A stretch of 64,000 nt of DNA from Octopus sinensis (taxonomy: Eukaryota): NCBI RefSeq assembly GCF_006345805.1, contig NC_043001.1, positions 11,036,001 to 11,100,000 of the forward strand, in the 5' to 3' direction. This document shows, one piece after another, positions 1 through 11,596 of the stretch (position 1 is the stretch's first letter; every line of letters begins with the position of its first letter). Position numbers and translations under genes: made by a program. Under the pieces are notes generated by a model. The model saw only the letters and a list, made by a program, of their open reading frames with translations, had not been told where the DNA came from and ran no database searches.

Positions 1-55
1 ATAATATTGGAATAATAATACATGAAACTGCTCTCTCACTCAATAATAATATTGG

Positions 56-125
<70 letters not shown>

Positions 126-166
126 TTAATAATATAATAATAATAATATTGGGAATAATAATAATA

Positions 167-220
<54 letters not shown>

Positions 221-271
221 TTAATAATAATAATAATAAATTGGGAATAATAAATAATAATAATAATAATA

Positions 272-302
<31 letters not shown>

Positions 303-339
303 TAATAATAATAATATGGGAATAATAATAATAATAATA

Positions 340-391
<52 letters not shown>

Positions 392-395
392 TTGG

Positions 396-449
<54 letters not shown>
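1..449 (+). repeat. (AAT)n microsatellite with recurrent ATATTGGG interruptions
   Basis: Direct reading; source of the poly-L/Y/I ORFs. Confidence 0.97.
21..41 (+). mobile_element. 3'-terminal stub of the ~540-bp (AAT)n-associated element
   Basis: CATGAAACTGCTCTCTCACTC followed by AAT repeats matches the 3' end of the copies at 450-983 and 1517-2067. Confidence 0.7.
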
Positions 450-983
450 GGCAATGGCTCTCATGGCTTCTGATCTTAACTGATTGGAAGTGTTATCATG
501 TACATTGTTTTGTCTTGGTATAAAAGATGGGCTACAGCAAATATTCTGCTCAATACCACAGATTTGCTTGTCAGTTGTTTGACCTTAACCAGTTGAGCAT
601 GTCCCTTAGTGGCTGACGATATGTGCATCTCTGATCACGAGCAGAAGTAGTGGGGGAGCATCATAGCCATGTGTTGAGAGGGATTCTTTGGGGTTTGAAT
701 AATTCACCTCTGGAAATATGGGTGGTTCTTTCAACATCCTTAAAACCCTTATTCAGGGACCGTTTGAGCGGGATGGGCTACTCAACCTGAAGAAAATTCT
801 AACTGGGCCCCACCTGCAAGGTCATGTGGGTTTATCTTGATATGAGATCACCATGTCGCGCACATATGGTTGTGATGCATGTGCCTGGTGTGCCTTTATC
901 AGACGGGTAGTCATGATGGGTATATTGGGCTTCGTATATTTTACCCCAGTGTCACTTTGATGGCATGAACTGCTCTCTCACTC
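450..983 (+). mobile_element. ~540-bp non-coding (AAT)n-associated element, copy 1 (5'-truncated)
   Basis: Highly similar to four other copies in the window; ends GCTCTCTCACTC-(AAT)n. Confidence 0.9.
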
Positions 984-1050
<67 letters not shown>

Positions 1051-1052
<2 letters not shown>

Positions 1053-1200
1053 TTGCACTATTAGGCACTGCACACATCCTACGCAGAACACTTTCCATAC
1101 AATAACCATCAGAGCATCGCAAGAAATCACAGCACATACCCAAGGCACACAGAGCTGCGCTCGGTAGTGAAGTGAAAGCACGCTATAAAATAAAACTACC
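1051..1200 (+). mobile_element. R4/Dong-like non-LTR retrotransposon 3' end (ORF C-terminus, 3' UTR, (TAA)n tail)
   Basis: 1052-1105 encodes IALLGTAHILRRTLSIQ*, matching the C-termini at 20398 (TALLGTARILRKVLEK*) and 62917 (IVLTGTTHVLRRALSL*). Confidence 0.8.
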
Positions 1201-1230
1201 TAATAATAATAATAATAATAAATAATAATA

Positions 1231-1309
<79 letters not shown>

Positions 1310-1320
1310 CATATAATATT

Positions 1321-1416
<96 letters not shown>

Positions 1417-1516
1417 CATAATAATATTTATAATAATAATAATAATAATAATAATCATAATAATAATAAAAAAAAAAATAATAATAATAATAACAAGAAG
1501 AAGAAGAAGAAGAAAT

Positions 1517-2067
1517 GCCCTGATGCAGTACCAGGCAGTGGCTCTCATGGCTTCTGATCTTAACTGATTGGAAGTGTTATCATGTACATTGTTTTGTCTT
1601 GGTATAAAAGATGGGCTACAGCAAATATTCTGCTCAATACCACAGATTGCTTGTCAGTTGTTTGACCTTAACCAGTGAGCATGTCCCTTAGTGGCTGACG
1701 ATATGTGCATCTCTGATCACGAGCAGAAGTAGTGGGGGAGCATCATAGCCATGTGTTGAGAGGGATTCTTTGGGGTTTGAATAGTCACCTCTGGAAACAT
1801 GGGTGGTTCTTTCAACATCCTTAAACAACCCTTATTCGGGGACCGTTTGAGCAGGATGGGCTACTCAAAATGAAGAAAATTCTAACTGGGCCCCACCTGC
1901 AAGGTCATGTGCTGTTTATCTTGATATGAGATCACCATTTCGCGCACATATGGTTGTGATGCATGTGCCTGGTGTACCTTTATCAGACGGGTAGTCATGA
2001 TGGGTATATTGGGCTTCGTATATTTTATCCCAGTGTCACTTTGATGGCATGAACTGCTCTTTCACTC
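1517..2067 (+). mobile_element. ~540-bp (AAT)n-associated element, copy 2 (full length)
   Basis: Starts GCCCTGATGCAGTACCAGG; ends TTCACTC-(AAT)n. Confidence 0.9.
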
Positions 2068-2085
2068 AATAATAATAATAATAAT

Positions 2086-2635
2086 TGATGCAGTACCAGG
2101 CACTGGCTCTCGTGGATCCTGATCTTAACTGATTGGAAGTGTTATCATGTACATTGTTCTGTCTTGGTATATAAGATGGCCTGCAGCAAATATTTTGCTC
2201 AATACCACAGATTTGCTTGTCAGTTGTTTGACCATAACCAGTTGAGCATGTCCCTTAGTGGCTGACGATATGTGCATCTCTGATCATGAACAGAAGTTGT
2301 GGGGGAGCATCACAGCCATGTGTTAAGAGAGATTCTTTGGGGTTTGAATAATTCACCTGTGGAAACATGGGTGTTTCTTTCAACATCCTTAAACAACCCT
2401 TATTCAGGGCCCTTTTGAGCGGGATAGGTTACTCGACTTGAAGGAAATTCTAACTGGGCCCCACCTGCAAGGTCATGTGCTGTTTATCTTGATATGAGAT
2501 TACCATGTCGCGCACATATGGTTATGATGCATGTTCCTAGTGTACCCTTATCAGACGGTTAGTCATGACGGGTATACTGGGCTTTGTATATTTTACCCCA
2601 GTGTCACTTTGATGGCATGCACTGCTCTCTCACTC
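2086..2635 (+). mobile_element. ~540-bp (AAT)n-associated element, copy 3
   Basis: Separated from copy 2 by only ~18 bp of AAT; same termini. Confidence 0.9.
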
Positions 2636-2650
2636 AATAATAATAATAAT

Positions 2651-2738
<88 letters not shown>

Positions 2739-2743
2739 TAATA

Positions 2744-2918
2744 ACATCGAAAAATACCTTCGGAATGGGAATCCAGTTTCGAAATTTCTCCAAGACACCT
2801 GATGAAGGCTGGAGGGTATATCAGCCGAAACGTTCTGTTAACAACAAATAAGTTGAGGACAAATATCCGTCAAATGTAAATAATGTACATAATTTTTCAT
2901 CACTTAAATATAGAAATG
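2744..2918 (+). mobile_element. Penelope-like terminal-repeat fragment
   Basis: Contains the CTGATGA-A-stem-GAAACGT hammerhead-type motif typical of PLE terminal repeats. Confidence 0.6.
2794..2839 (+). ncRNA. Minimal type I hammerhead ribozyme motif (PLE-type)
   Basis: GACAC-CTGATGA-A-GGCTG(loop)CAGCC-GAAA-CG-TT-CTGTT; intact core and 5-bp stem II, palindromic ACGT stem III, one mismatch in stem I. Confidence 0.6.
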
Positions 2919-2924
2919 TATAAT

Positions 2925-2956
<32 letters not shown>

Positions 2957-2974
2957 TGTGTGTGTGTGTGTGTA

Positions 2975-3660
2975 AGGAGGCGAGTGACATCAACGGAGTG
3001 GATAGTGGCATTTCGTTCGTTTGCACGTTCTGAATTCAAATTCCGCTGAAATCGACTTTGTCGTTCATCCAGTGGAGTATTGGGAAACGATACAATCGAC
3101 TTACCCAAACCCCGCCGAAATTGCTGGCCTTGTGCCAAAATTTGAAATCATTATTTGTGCGAGTTGGCAGGATCGATTGCACGCCGGGCAACATGCTTAA
3201 CTATCTTGTTACATATCTTTGTTTTGCGAGTTCAAATCCTGCCAAGACGAACTGCTTTTCGCCCAATCGGTGTCAGAGTAGAAATACCAGGCGTTCCGTC
3301 TATTAAGTTCACTAGAGATTGACTTTGCGTTCCGTCAAATGGAGGTTGATGAAATAAATAACTTTTGAGTACTGGAGACGGTGTAATGGTGCTACCTCCC
3401 CCTACAAAATTGCTGGCCTTGTACCAAAAGTTCGAAACCAATATTTGGCAGCGAGTTGGCAGAATCGTTAGAAAGCCGGGAAAAATTCTTAACCGGCGTT
3501 TCGTCTGTTTTTACGCCCTGAGTTGAGATATCGCCTGGGTCGACTTTTCTTTTCATCCTTTCGGACACGATAAAATAAGAACCAGCTGAGCGCCGAGGCC
3601 AATGTAATCAACTTAGCCCTTCTCCAGAACCTGCTAGCCTTGTGCCAAAAGTTGAATCCA
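2975..3660 (+). mobile_element. Cluster of about 3 degraded SINE B copies
   Basis: Repeated GGCGAG(T/C)TGGCAG heads, GAGTTCAAAT B-box and AAATTGCTGGCCTTGTGCCAAAA tails. Confidence 0.7.
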
Positions 3661-3668
3661 ATCCAATA

Positions 3669-4244
3669 CAGCAATCACTCGCCATATCGCGGCTCACCTA
3701 TCGAACCCTCCGTACATCGCGGATTTTTCTGGCTAATATATGTGAATCTATATCGCGGACTCTTCACTATATCGCGGGTTTCTGCGGCCGATGGGAAGTT
3801 ATATTCTTTTTAGATTTTAATTATTTCTGTGGTAAAATAAACATTTTCACGCCTAAAAATTAATAAATTGGTAAATAAAATATATTAAATAAAATATACT
3901 AAAAGAAAATACGTAGTGTACCTTAGGTGAGTAAACAAAGAATCGCTCATGGTGTATGGAAAACGAAACTCGGGAGGCGTGTGCGTGGTGGTGTTTTGTA
4001 TTTATAATAAAATAAATATATACAAATTACAAAAATATTTAAAAAATATACAGTACAGTACAAATATATAGGCGCAGGAGTGGCTGTGTGGTAAGTAGCT
4101 TGCTTACCAACCACATGGTTCCGGGTTCAGTCCCACTGCGTGGCATCTTGGGCAAGGTCTTTTGCTATAGCCCCGGTGCTGACCAATGCCTGTGTGTGTG
4201 ATTTGGTAGACGGAAACTGAAAGAAGCCTGTCGTATATATGTAG

Positions 4245-4275
<31 letters not shown>

Positions 4276-4504
4276 GTGTGTATGTGTGGTGTGTTTGTGT
4301 GTCTTGTTTTGTCCCCCTAGCATTGCTTAACAACCGATGCTGTGTGTTACGTCCCCGTCACTTAGCGGTTCGGCAAAAGAGACCGATAGAATAAGTACTG
4401 GGCGCAGAAGTGGCTGTGTGGCAAGTGTCTTCTGCTATAGCCCCGGGCTGACCAATGCCTTGTGAGTGGATTTGGTAGACGGAAACTGAAAGAAGCCTGT
4501 CGTA

Positions 4505-4553
<49 letters not shown>

Positions 4554-4877
4554 GTGTGTATGTGTGTGTGTTTGTGTGTCTGTGTTTGTCCCCCTAGCAT
4601 TGTTTGACAACCGATGCTGGTGTGTTTACGTCCCCGTCACTTAGCGGTTCGGCAAAAGAGACCGATAGAATAAGTACTGGGCTTACAAAGAATAAGTGCC
4701 GGGGTCGAGTTGCTCGATTAAAGGCGGTGCTCCAGCATGGCCGCAGTCAAATGACTGAAACAAGTAAAAGAGTTAAAGAGAGAAAAGAGAGTACAGTACT
4801 GTTTCTACTTCGCGGATTTCCCCCTATCGCGGGGTGGGGCTTGGAACGTAGCACCTGTGATAGTCGAGGGATTATCG
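3669..4877. mobile_element. Tigger/pogo-like non-autonomous DNA transposon with a nested SINE A dimer
   Basis: TA-CAGCAATCACTCGCCATATCGCGG at left and its degenerate inverse GAGGGATTATCG-TA at right; internal TATCGCGG motifs resemble Tigger-like ends (recalled). Confidence 0.6.
4071..4790 (+). mobile_element. SINE A (tRNA-derived, internal (TA)n(TG)n), head-to-tail dimer
   Basis: A-box TGGCTGTGTGG, B-box GGGTTCAGTCCC; second head at ~4400; (AAAAGAG)-like tail. Confidence 0.85.
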
Positions 4878-5310
4878 TATCAGTGTTTGTGTTTGGACGA
4901 GTGTGTCCATAATCTTCCCGGTTATAGAGACGGCATTTTAAAGTGTTATTTTGATATTCGCACGTTGTTTGTCACGAAAAACACCGATTTGTTCAAGGAC
5001 TGTCGTTACTCAACACGTACGTAGCCCCAGGAAGTTGTTGAACTTAGCACTGTCAGTTAATGAAACACCCATTAATTTTACAGTGTTTTGTTGCCTCCAG
5101 CAACAAACAGTACTTACTATTCCGTGGTTCCATAATTATAGCCAATAGAATACAGGTCCGTGCATAAATTACTGTTGTTGAACTGGTTGTTATGACAGGA
5201 CCAATAATTGGGGAAGTTCAACGTTTGCATAATGCCATTGTCTCTGAAACGAAAGTAAGGTAATCCTATAGATCATTAGGACATGTTCATAACTCTAGAC
5301 AGATCTGTAG

Positions 5311-5349
<39 letters not shown>

Positions 5350-5425
5350 TCCCCCTCTCTATCTCTCCCTCTGTCTCTCTTTGGTATACACACATATACA
5401 TATATACAAATTTTATGCGCATGTG

Positions 5426-5491
<66 letters not shown>

Positions 5492-5679
5492 GGCGCCGGA
5501 GTGGGTATGTGGTAAGTAGCTTGCTTACCAACCACATGGTTCCGCGTTCGGTCCCAGTGCGTGGCACTTCGGGCAGTGTCTTCAAGTATCGCCTCAGGCC
5601 GACCAAAGCTTTGTGAGTAGATTTGGTAGACGGAAACTGAAAGAAGCCCGTCTTGTATATATATATATGTATATGTTAT

Positions 5680-5728
<49 letters not shown>

Positions 5729-5810
5729 TATATATATTATATAAATATATATATATACACGACACTTGCTCAAGGTGCAACGCAGTGGGACTGAACCCGG
5801 AACCATGTAG
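5492..5810 (+). mobile_element. SINE A 5' half followed by an inverted SINE A fragment
   Basis: Head at 5492; 5761-5810 matches the family on the minus strand. Confidence 0.75.
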
Positions 5811-6149
5811 TCTTGAATGTGTTATATGTTGGATCAGTTAGAGCAGACCAAGGCTTAACAACAAAGAACCAGTGAAAACGTTTTAAGCGATGTCTCATCA
5901 TGATAGATATAGTAGCCAAATCTAGTTATATCACAGCCTACCGCTTCACAAAAGGAGGCCCGCATTAGATAAAGTAATTTTGAGCGATATACACCACATT
6001 TCAGTGAAATGAGTTCATCCGATGGTTACGATTTCAATCCTAGCCAAAGCTGGCATTTCAAAGGTAGTAAGAGGACACTTAGGAGTCATGACCTAAGTGG
6101 GCCCAGAATCCTTAGATTATCAGGAACTTGCCGCTTCCTTTGAAGATTT

Positions 6150-6452
6150 CTCCTGCCACCCACTTGCCCCGTAATGAGTTTCCGTTTACCACATGAATAA
6201 AAGAGGAGATGTCATGGGTGGAAAATTCTTTCATTATAGTCGTACTTGATCAAGCCTGGAGTTAAAACAAGAGCAACCAGGAAGATTTCAAATTCAGGAT
6301 GAGAGTCTCCTGCCGCTCACTCATCCCGTAGTGAGTTTCCGTTTACCACATGAATAAAAGCGGAGATGTCATGGGTGGAAAATTCTTTCATTATAGTCGT
6401 ACTTGATCAAGCCTGGAGTTAAAACAAGAGCAACCAGGAAGATTTCAAATTC
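6150..6452. repeat. 157-bp direct tandem duplication
   Basis: TGAGTTTCCGTTTACCACATG at 6175 and 6332; near-identical for ~120 bp. Confidence 0.9.
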
Positions 6453-6935
6453 ATGATGTGCATCAATGGCAAAATGTGCATGGCAGGAGATATCTCTCTC
6501 TCGATACTCCAAACTTTAACTGAAAATAGTAGACACACGAAGAAGCGAATGCGAAATAACTGAACCAAAAATGAAAAGTAATAATTATGGCTGGAGATTC
6601 TTACCTTACTATAACAGCTTAGATATTTACTCTTGATCATCATTTAATCGATACATTGATCCAGATAAATCATTACTGTCTAGATTCAAATAAGAAAGTC
6701 TTGATTGATTTTGAAGGAAATCTGATCAGAGTTTGTCTCAAGTGTCGAGACACATTTAATTGATATTTGAAGACAATTTTTCATGATTGTGAGTAATACC
6801 TTCAAAAGTAACCAGGAATTTTCTTTGGAATTCTAATTCTAATTACAATCGCCCTTAGTTTTACCTTCACAGTTTTGACCAGTTTTATCGAGGAATGTTA
6901 TCACCTAAAGATATCAATCAATCGCTTCATTTCAG

Positions 6936-7007
6936 TATGATAAATATCTCAAAGAAGCCATTTATTACACCGGAAAGTCGTCTGAAACTGTCACCATTAG
7001 CTCTCAG
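6936..7007 (+). CDS. Candidate internal exon (YDKYLKEAIYYTGKSSETVTISSQ), host gene unidentified
   Basis: TTCATTTCAG acceptor, CAG|GTAATT donor, 72 nt, open frame in unique sequence; no homology recognised. Confidence 0.22.
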
Positions 7008-7254
7008 GTAATTGAAAGGAAACAGCGTACAATAGCTTGTCTTGGAACGTAGTGTGACACCAACGGCACAAACTCAGAAATATGAGGCACGGAACAAGAT
7101 CCTTAATTCCGACATTTTGGTTGTTCATTATACTAGAACCTACAGTGTATACTATAAACACGCGAGGCATTGAAACAATGCTAAAGGCAATGATATATGT
7201 AAGTCAACTTGTGTAGGAAACTAACAAAGCATTCGTCACTTCTAATGTGCCCTT

Positions 7255-7720
7255 AGGGCGGTGAGGTGGCAGAATATTTAGCACGCCGGGTCAAATGCCG
7301 AGCGGCATTTCGTCCGTTTTTACATTCTGAGTTCAAATTCTTCCGGGATCGAGTTTACCTTTCATGCTTTCGGCCTCTGTAAAATGAGGACCAGTTGATC
7401 ACTGGAGTCGTTGGAATCGACTTATTCTCTGCCGTGAAATCTCCGGCCTTGTACTAATATTTGAAACTAATATAAGATATGTTTGACCGATGCAGAAATT
7501 CGTGCAGTTAATAATCCTTTCTACTCTAGGCACAATTCTTGGAAATTTGGTGGCAGAAGGTCAGTCGATTACATCGACCCCAGTGCGTAACTGGTAATCA
7601 TTTCAACGACCCCGATGCTGAACTCAAAGGATGAAAGGCAAAGTCCACCACGGCAAAATTTGAACTCAGAAGGTAACGGCAGACGAAATACCTATTTCTT
7701 TACTACCCACAGGGGGCTAA
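7255..7720. mobile_element. Two SINE B copies, + (7255-7480) and - (7500-7720)
   Basis: GGCGGTGAGGTGGCAGAA head, GAGTTCAAATT B-box; inverse copy downstream. Confidence 0.75.
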
Positions 7721-7875
7721 ACCCACACACACACACACACACAACACACACACACACACGCGCACCACACACACACCACACACACACACACACCAACACC
7801 ACACACACCACACACACACAACACACATACTATATATATATATATATATAATAATATATATATATATATATATAT

Positions 7876-7919
<44 letters not shown>

Positions 7920-8110
7920 TCGGCATGATAGATCGTTAGCCACTACACACAGTTTTTTTCTCTCCTAGTTTTTTTCTGTGTCCCTTTCTGTAGAAGAGCG
8001 TAGGCTCGAAACGTTAAAGACTTTTACAATTCCCGAGCGTTATACTAATACATCTGTTTGTTTTCTACACCACTGTCTTCGCCTTTTGTTTTTTTTCGTG
8101 ATCTCTCCCT
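7920..8110 (+). mobile_element. Penelope-like terminal repeat, family P2, copy 1, with HHR-like motif at 7984-8019
   Basis: Same ~190-bp repeat at 22855-23057 (+) and 49520-49680 (-); CTTT-CTGTAGA-A-GAGC(GTAG)GCTC-GAAA-CG-TT-AAAG. Confidence 0.65.
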
Positions 8111-8192
<82 letters not shown>

Positions 8193-8320
8193 CATTTAAT
8201 TACATTTCCGTTTAATAGTTTTTTCACCGACGCAGTAAACCACGCATTCAATAATGAAGGGAAATTATTAGAAAATATATATATTATGCAACGCCAAGGA
8301 GAAAATAAAAGAGAAAGAGG

Positions 8321-8376
<56 letters not shown>

Positions 8377-8865
8377 CATTTAAGTGGCTGCATGACTTGT
8401 AAGAAACAAAGGCCGAACCTGCCCCAAATAATCACACCCTAGTGTAACCAGGTTACACGAGGCTGGGAAAATAATAGAGGGATATCCATAGAATGCATTT
8501 AACTACGGTTTCTGCTCAATCATGACTGATCTGGCGATAAACAACAACTGCAGCACCAACCACAACAACAACATTTCGGTCAGTAAATTAGAAATCCGCC
8601 ATAGCTTAGAGAACGTAAATGATTTGGAGAGAGAAAGAGCAGAGAGAAGAGAATGGCATAATCTGAGAATCTTGTTGAATATAAAGTTTATAAGCATCCA
8701 ACGTAAATACCATTCCTTGATAACTCTCTCAAATACCAGATCGATGCAGATTTAGTCGCTGATTCAAAGTAATTTAATTCGCCGTTCCTCGATCGCCATC
8801 TTTTCTTAAGCAAATCACACAAACTTACACAAACAACTTGTGTTGCCACTTTTATTTTGTAACGT

Positions 8866-8897
8866 CTGTGTGTATGTGTGTGAATGAGTGTTTGGAT

Positions 8898-8940
<43 letters not shown>

Positions 8941-8951
8941 AGTGTTTGGAT

Positions 8952-8986
<35 letters not shown>

Positions 8987-9574
8987 AGTGCTTGGACGAG
9001 TGTTTGTGTGTGGTGTGTGGGTGTGTGTGTGAATGAGTGTTTGGAAGAGTTTGTGTGTGGTGTGTGTGAATGATGCTTGGACGAGTGTTTGGTGTGGTGT
9101 GTGTGGTGTGTGTGTGAATGAGTGTTTGACGAGTGTTTGTGTGTGTGTGTGTGGAATGAGTGCTTGGACGAGGTGTTTGTTGTGGTGTGTGTGTGTGTGG
9201 TGTGTGAAGAGTGTGTGACGAGTGTTTGTGTGTGTGTGTGTGTGTATGTTGAATGAGTGTTTGGACGAGTGTTTGTGGTGTGTGTGTGTGTGTGTGTGAA
9301 TGAGTGTTTGGACGAGGTTTGTGTGTGTGGTGTGTGTGTGTGAATGAGTGTTTGGACGAGTGTGTTGTGTGTGTGTGTATGTGTTGATGTTTACGAAATG
9401 AGTTTGTGTGTGTAATGAGTGTTTGGGCGAGTGTTTGTGTGTGTGTGTGTGTGTGTGAATGAGTGTTTGGACGAGTGTTTGTGTGTGTGTGTGTGTGTGT
9501 GAATGAGTGTTTGGACGAGTGTTTGTGTGTGTGTGTGTGTGTGTTGTGTGTGAATGAGTGTTTGGACGAGTGTT

Positions 9575-9605
<31 letters not shown>

Positions 9606-9906
9606 AATGAGTGTTTGGACGAGTGTTTGTGTGTGTGTGTGTGTGTGTGAATGAGTGTTTGGACGAGTGTGTGTGTGTGTGTGTGTGTGTGCATAGTTGT
9701 TGTATACTAACAACACAGCAAGAGCAATGTATGTGTGGAAATATGTGCATGTGTCTGTGTATGACAACCGTCTGTGTGTTTGCATGAACATACGTGTGAG
9801 AGTGTGTATATATATGTATACGTATAAATGTATGTAAATGTATGTATATATATATTGTGTGTGTGTGTGTGAATGAGTGTTTGGATGAGTGTGTGTGTGT
9901 GTGTGT
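8866..9906 (+). repeat. Minisatellite: (GT)n-GAATGAGTGTTTGGACGAGTGTTT, about 20 units
   Basis: Direct reading; source of the 469-aa and 280-aa HT-rich minus-strand ORFs. Confidence 0.92.
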
Positions 9907-10237
9907 GCGTTTGTGTTTGTGTACATACAAGCGTGTGCGCTTTTATACACACGCACACACAAACACACACACACACACTCATATTTACACAAATGCATTA
10001 ACGCACACGTGACATACATATTTCTGTGCATGTATATGTATGAGGATATATTTACACACACATGCACACACATATATACACATATATGTATACACACACA
10101 TATATGTATGCATGTGTGTGCTTAATTTCACACACACATATATGTATCCATGTATGCATATATATACATATATAACATGCATACATATATATAATATATA
10201 TAATATATATACATTATAATATAATAAATATATACAT

Positions 10238-10320
<83 letters not shown>

Positions 10321-11074
10321 ATATATATATAACACGCATACATGTATATGTATATATACACATATGCATGCATATATCTATGAAATACACACACACACAC
10401 ACACAGATGTAAACACACATATCTGGTCTTTTCTTTTAAACATTACATTTAAGGTCAGGCTGGAGCATCGCCTTTAGTAGTTTATACAATAGTGTGAATG
10501 TACAGAACAAATGTCCTCTGTCTGTCTGTCTCTTTCGTTTTGTGTATATATATATATAGATGTGTGTGTATGTGTATATATATATATTATATATCTATGT
10601 CTATATATATACGCGCACAGATACCCATACACACACACACACACACTATATATATATACATACATGCATTTACATACATTTATACGTATACATATATACA
10701 CACTCTCACACGTATGTTCATGCAAACACACAGACGGTTGCCATACACAGACACATGCACATATTTCCACACATACATTGCTCTTGCTGTGTTGTTAGTA
10801 TATAACAAATATGCACACACACACACACACAGACGGATACACTGACACACACATACCGGTACACATACACATATAAGTATATAAGCATCTGTATACGTAT
10901 CTCTAGTTATGTACGCACCTATGAACGTATGTATATGTGTGTGTGTGTGGTGTGTGTGTGTGTGTGTGTGTCTATTGCTTGTGTTTCTTCTGTCTATACG
11001 TCAATGGATGTCTGTGTGTCCGCGTGCGGTTTTTGTGATGAAGGCGTAAGCTTCGACTTAGTGTTTAACAGCGA

Positions 11075-11275
11075 GTTTTATGTCAGTTACAGAGACATTG
11101 TGAAACAGCCAAACTGTCAAAGTTTAGAATCACTAATGATGACAGGTCGCCAACGATGGAGTGGCCATGTAATCAGAATGGATGACAGCAGAATTCCGAA
11201 AAGGTTGATATATTGCGAGATTTCCGGCAACCGAATGCCAAGTCATAGACCGAAAATGCGATTTAAAGAGTGCTT
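11075..11275 (+). mobile_element. RTE-clade LINE 3' ORF fragment
   Basis: SLESLMMTGRQRWSGHVIRMDDSRIPKRLIYCEISGNRMPSHRPKMRFKEC matches the RTE C-terminal RWxGHVxRMxDxRxPK...GRPxxRxKD motif. Confidence 0.85.
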
Positions 11276-11596
11276 TATTTATTACATCTTTCTTTTTTGT
11301 TTGTTTGTTTCTATTTATTGTTGTTGTTGTTTTTTTTTAAGGAATTATCTGTGGAGATGTAGAATATTCGAGAACGACCGAACATCCATTGTATAAAACA
11401 GAGCGAGATTGTGAAATGCTGTCAAGTATAATTAATTGTAGCGTTTGTAGCATTTAGAGAAGTAGAAAACATCTGTGGATGTGAAACTCTGTTTTTCAAT
11501 GGCACAGATGGTCTGTCTTAATTGATCCGAAATATTTCAAGAATTCATTGGAATAAAACATAGTTTCTGGACAGTGGATTTATTCTTTCTTTCCTT

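Noticed and set aside
8503-8755. Signal-peptide-like MLLLWLVLQLLFIARS (minus) and the plus ORF MTDLAINNN
   Set aside because: The hydrophobicity comes from a short (GTT)n/(AAC)n run; the frames stop early and no homology is recognised.
8866-9690. CRISPR-like repeat-spacer appearance
   Set aside because: The spacers are only (GT)n, there are no cas genes, and the context is eukaryotic.
8688-10097. 469-aa HT-rich minus-strand ORF
   Set aside because: Read-through of a GT-based minisatellite; it is open in multiple frames.
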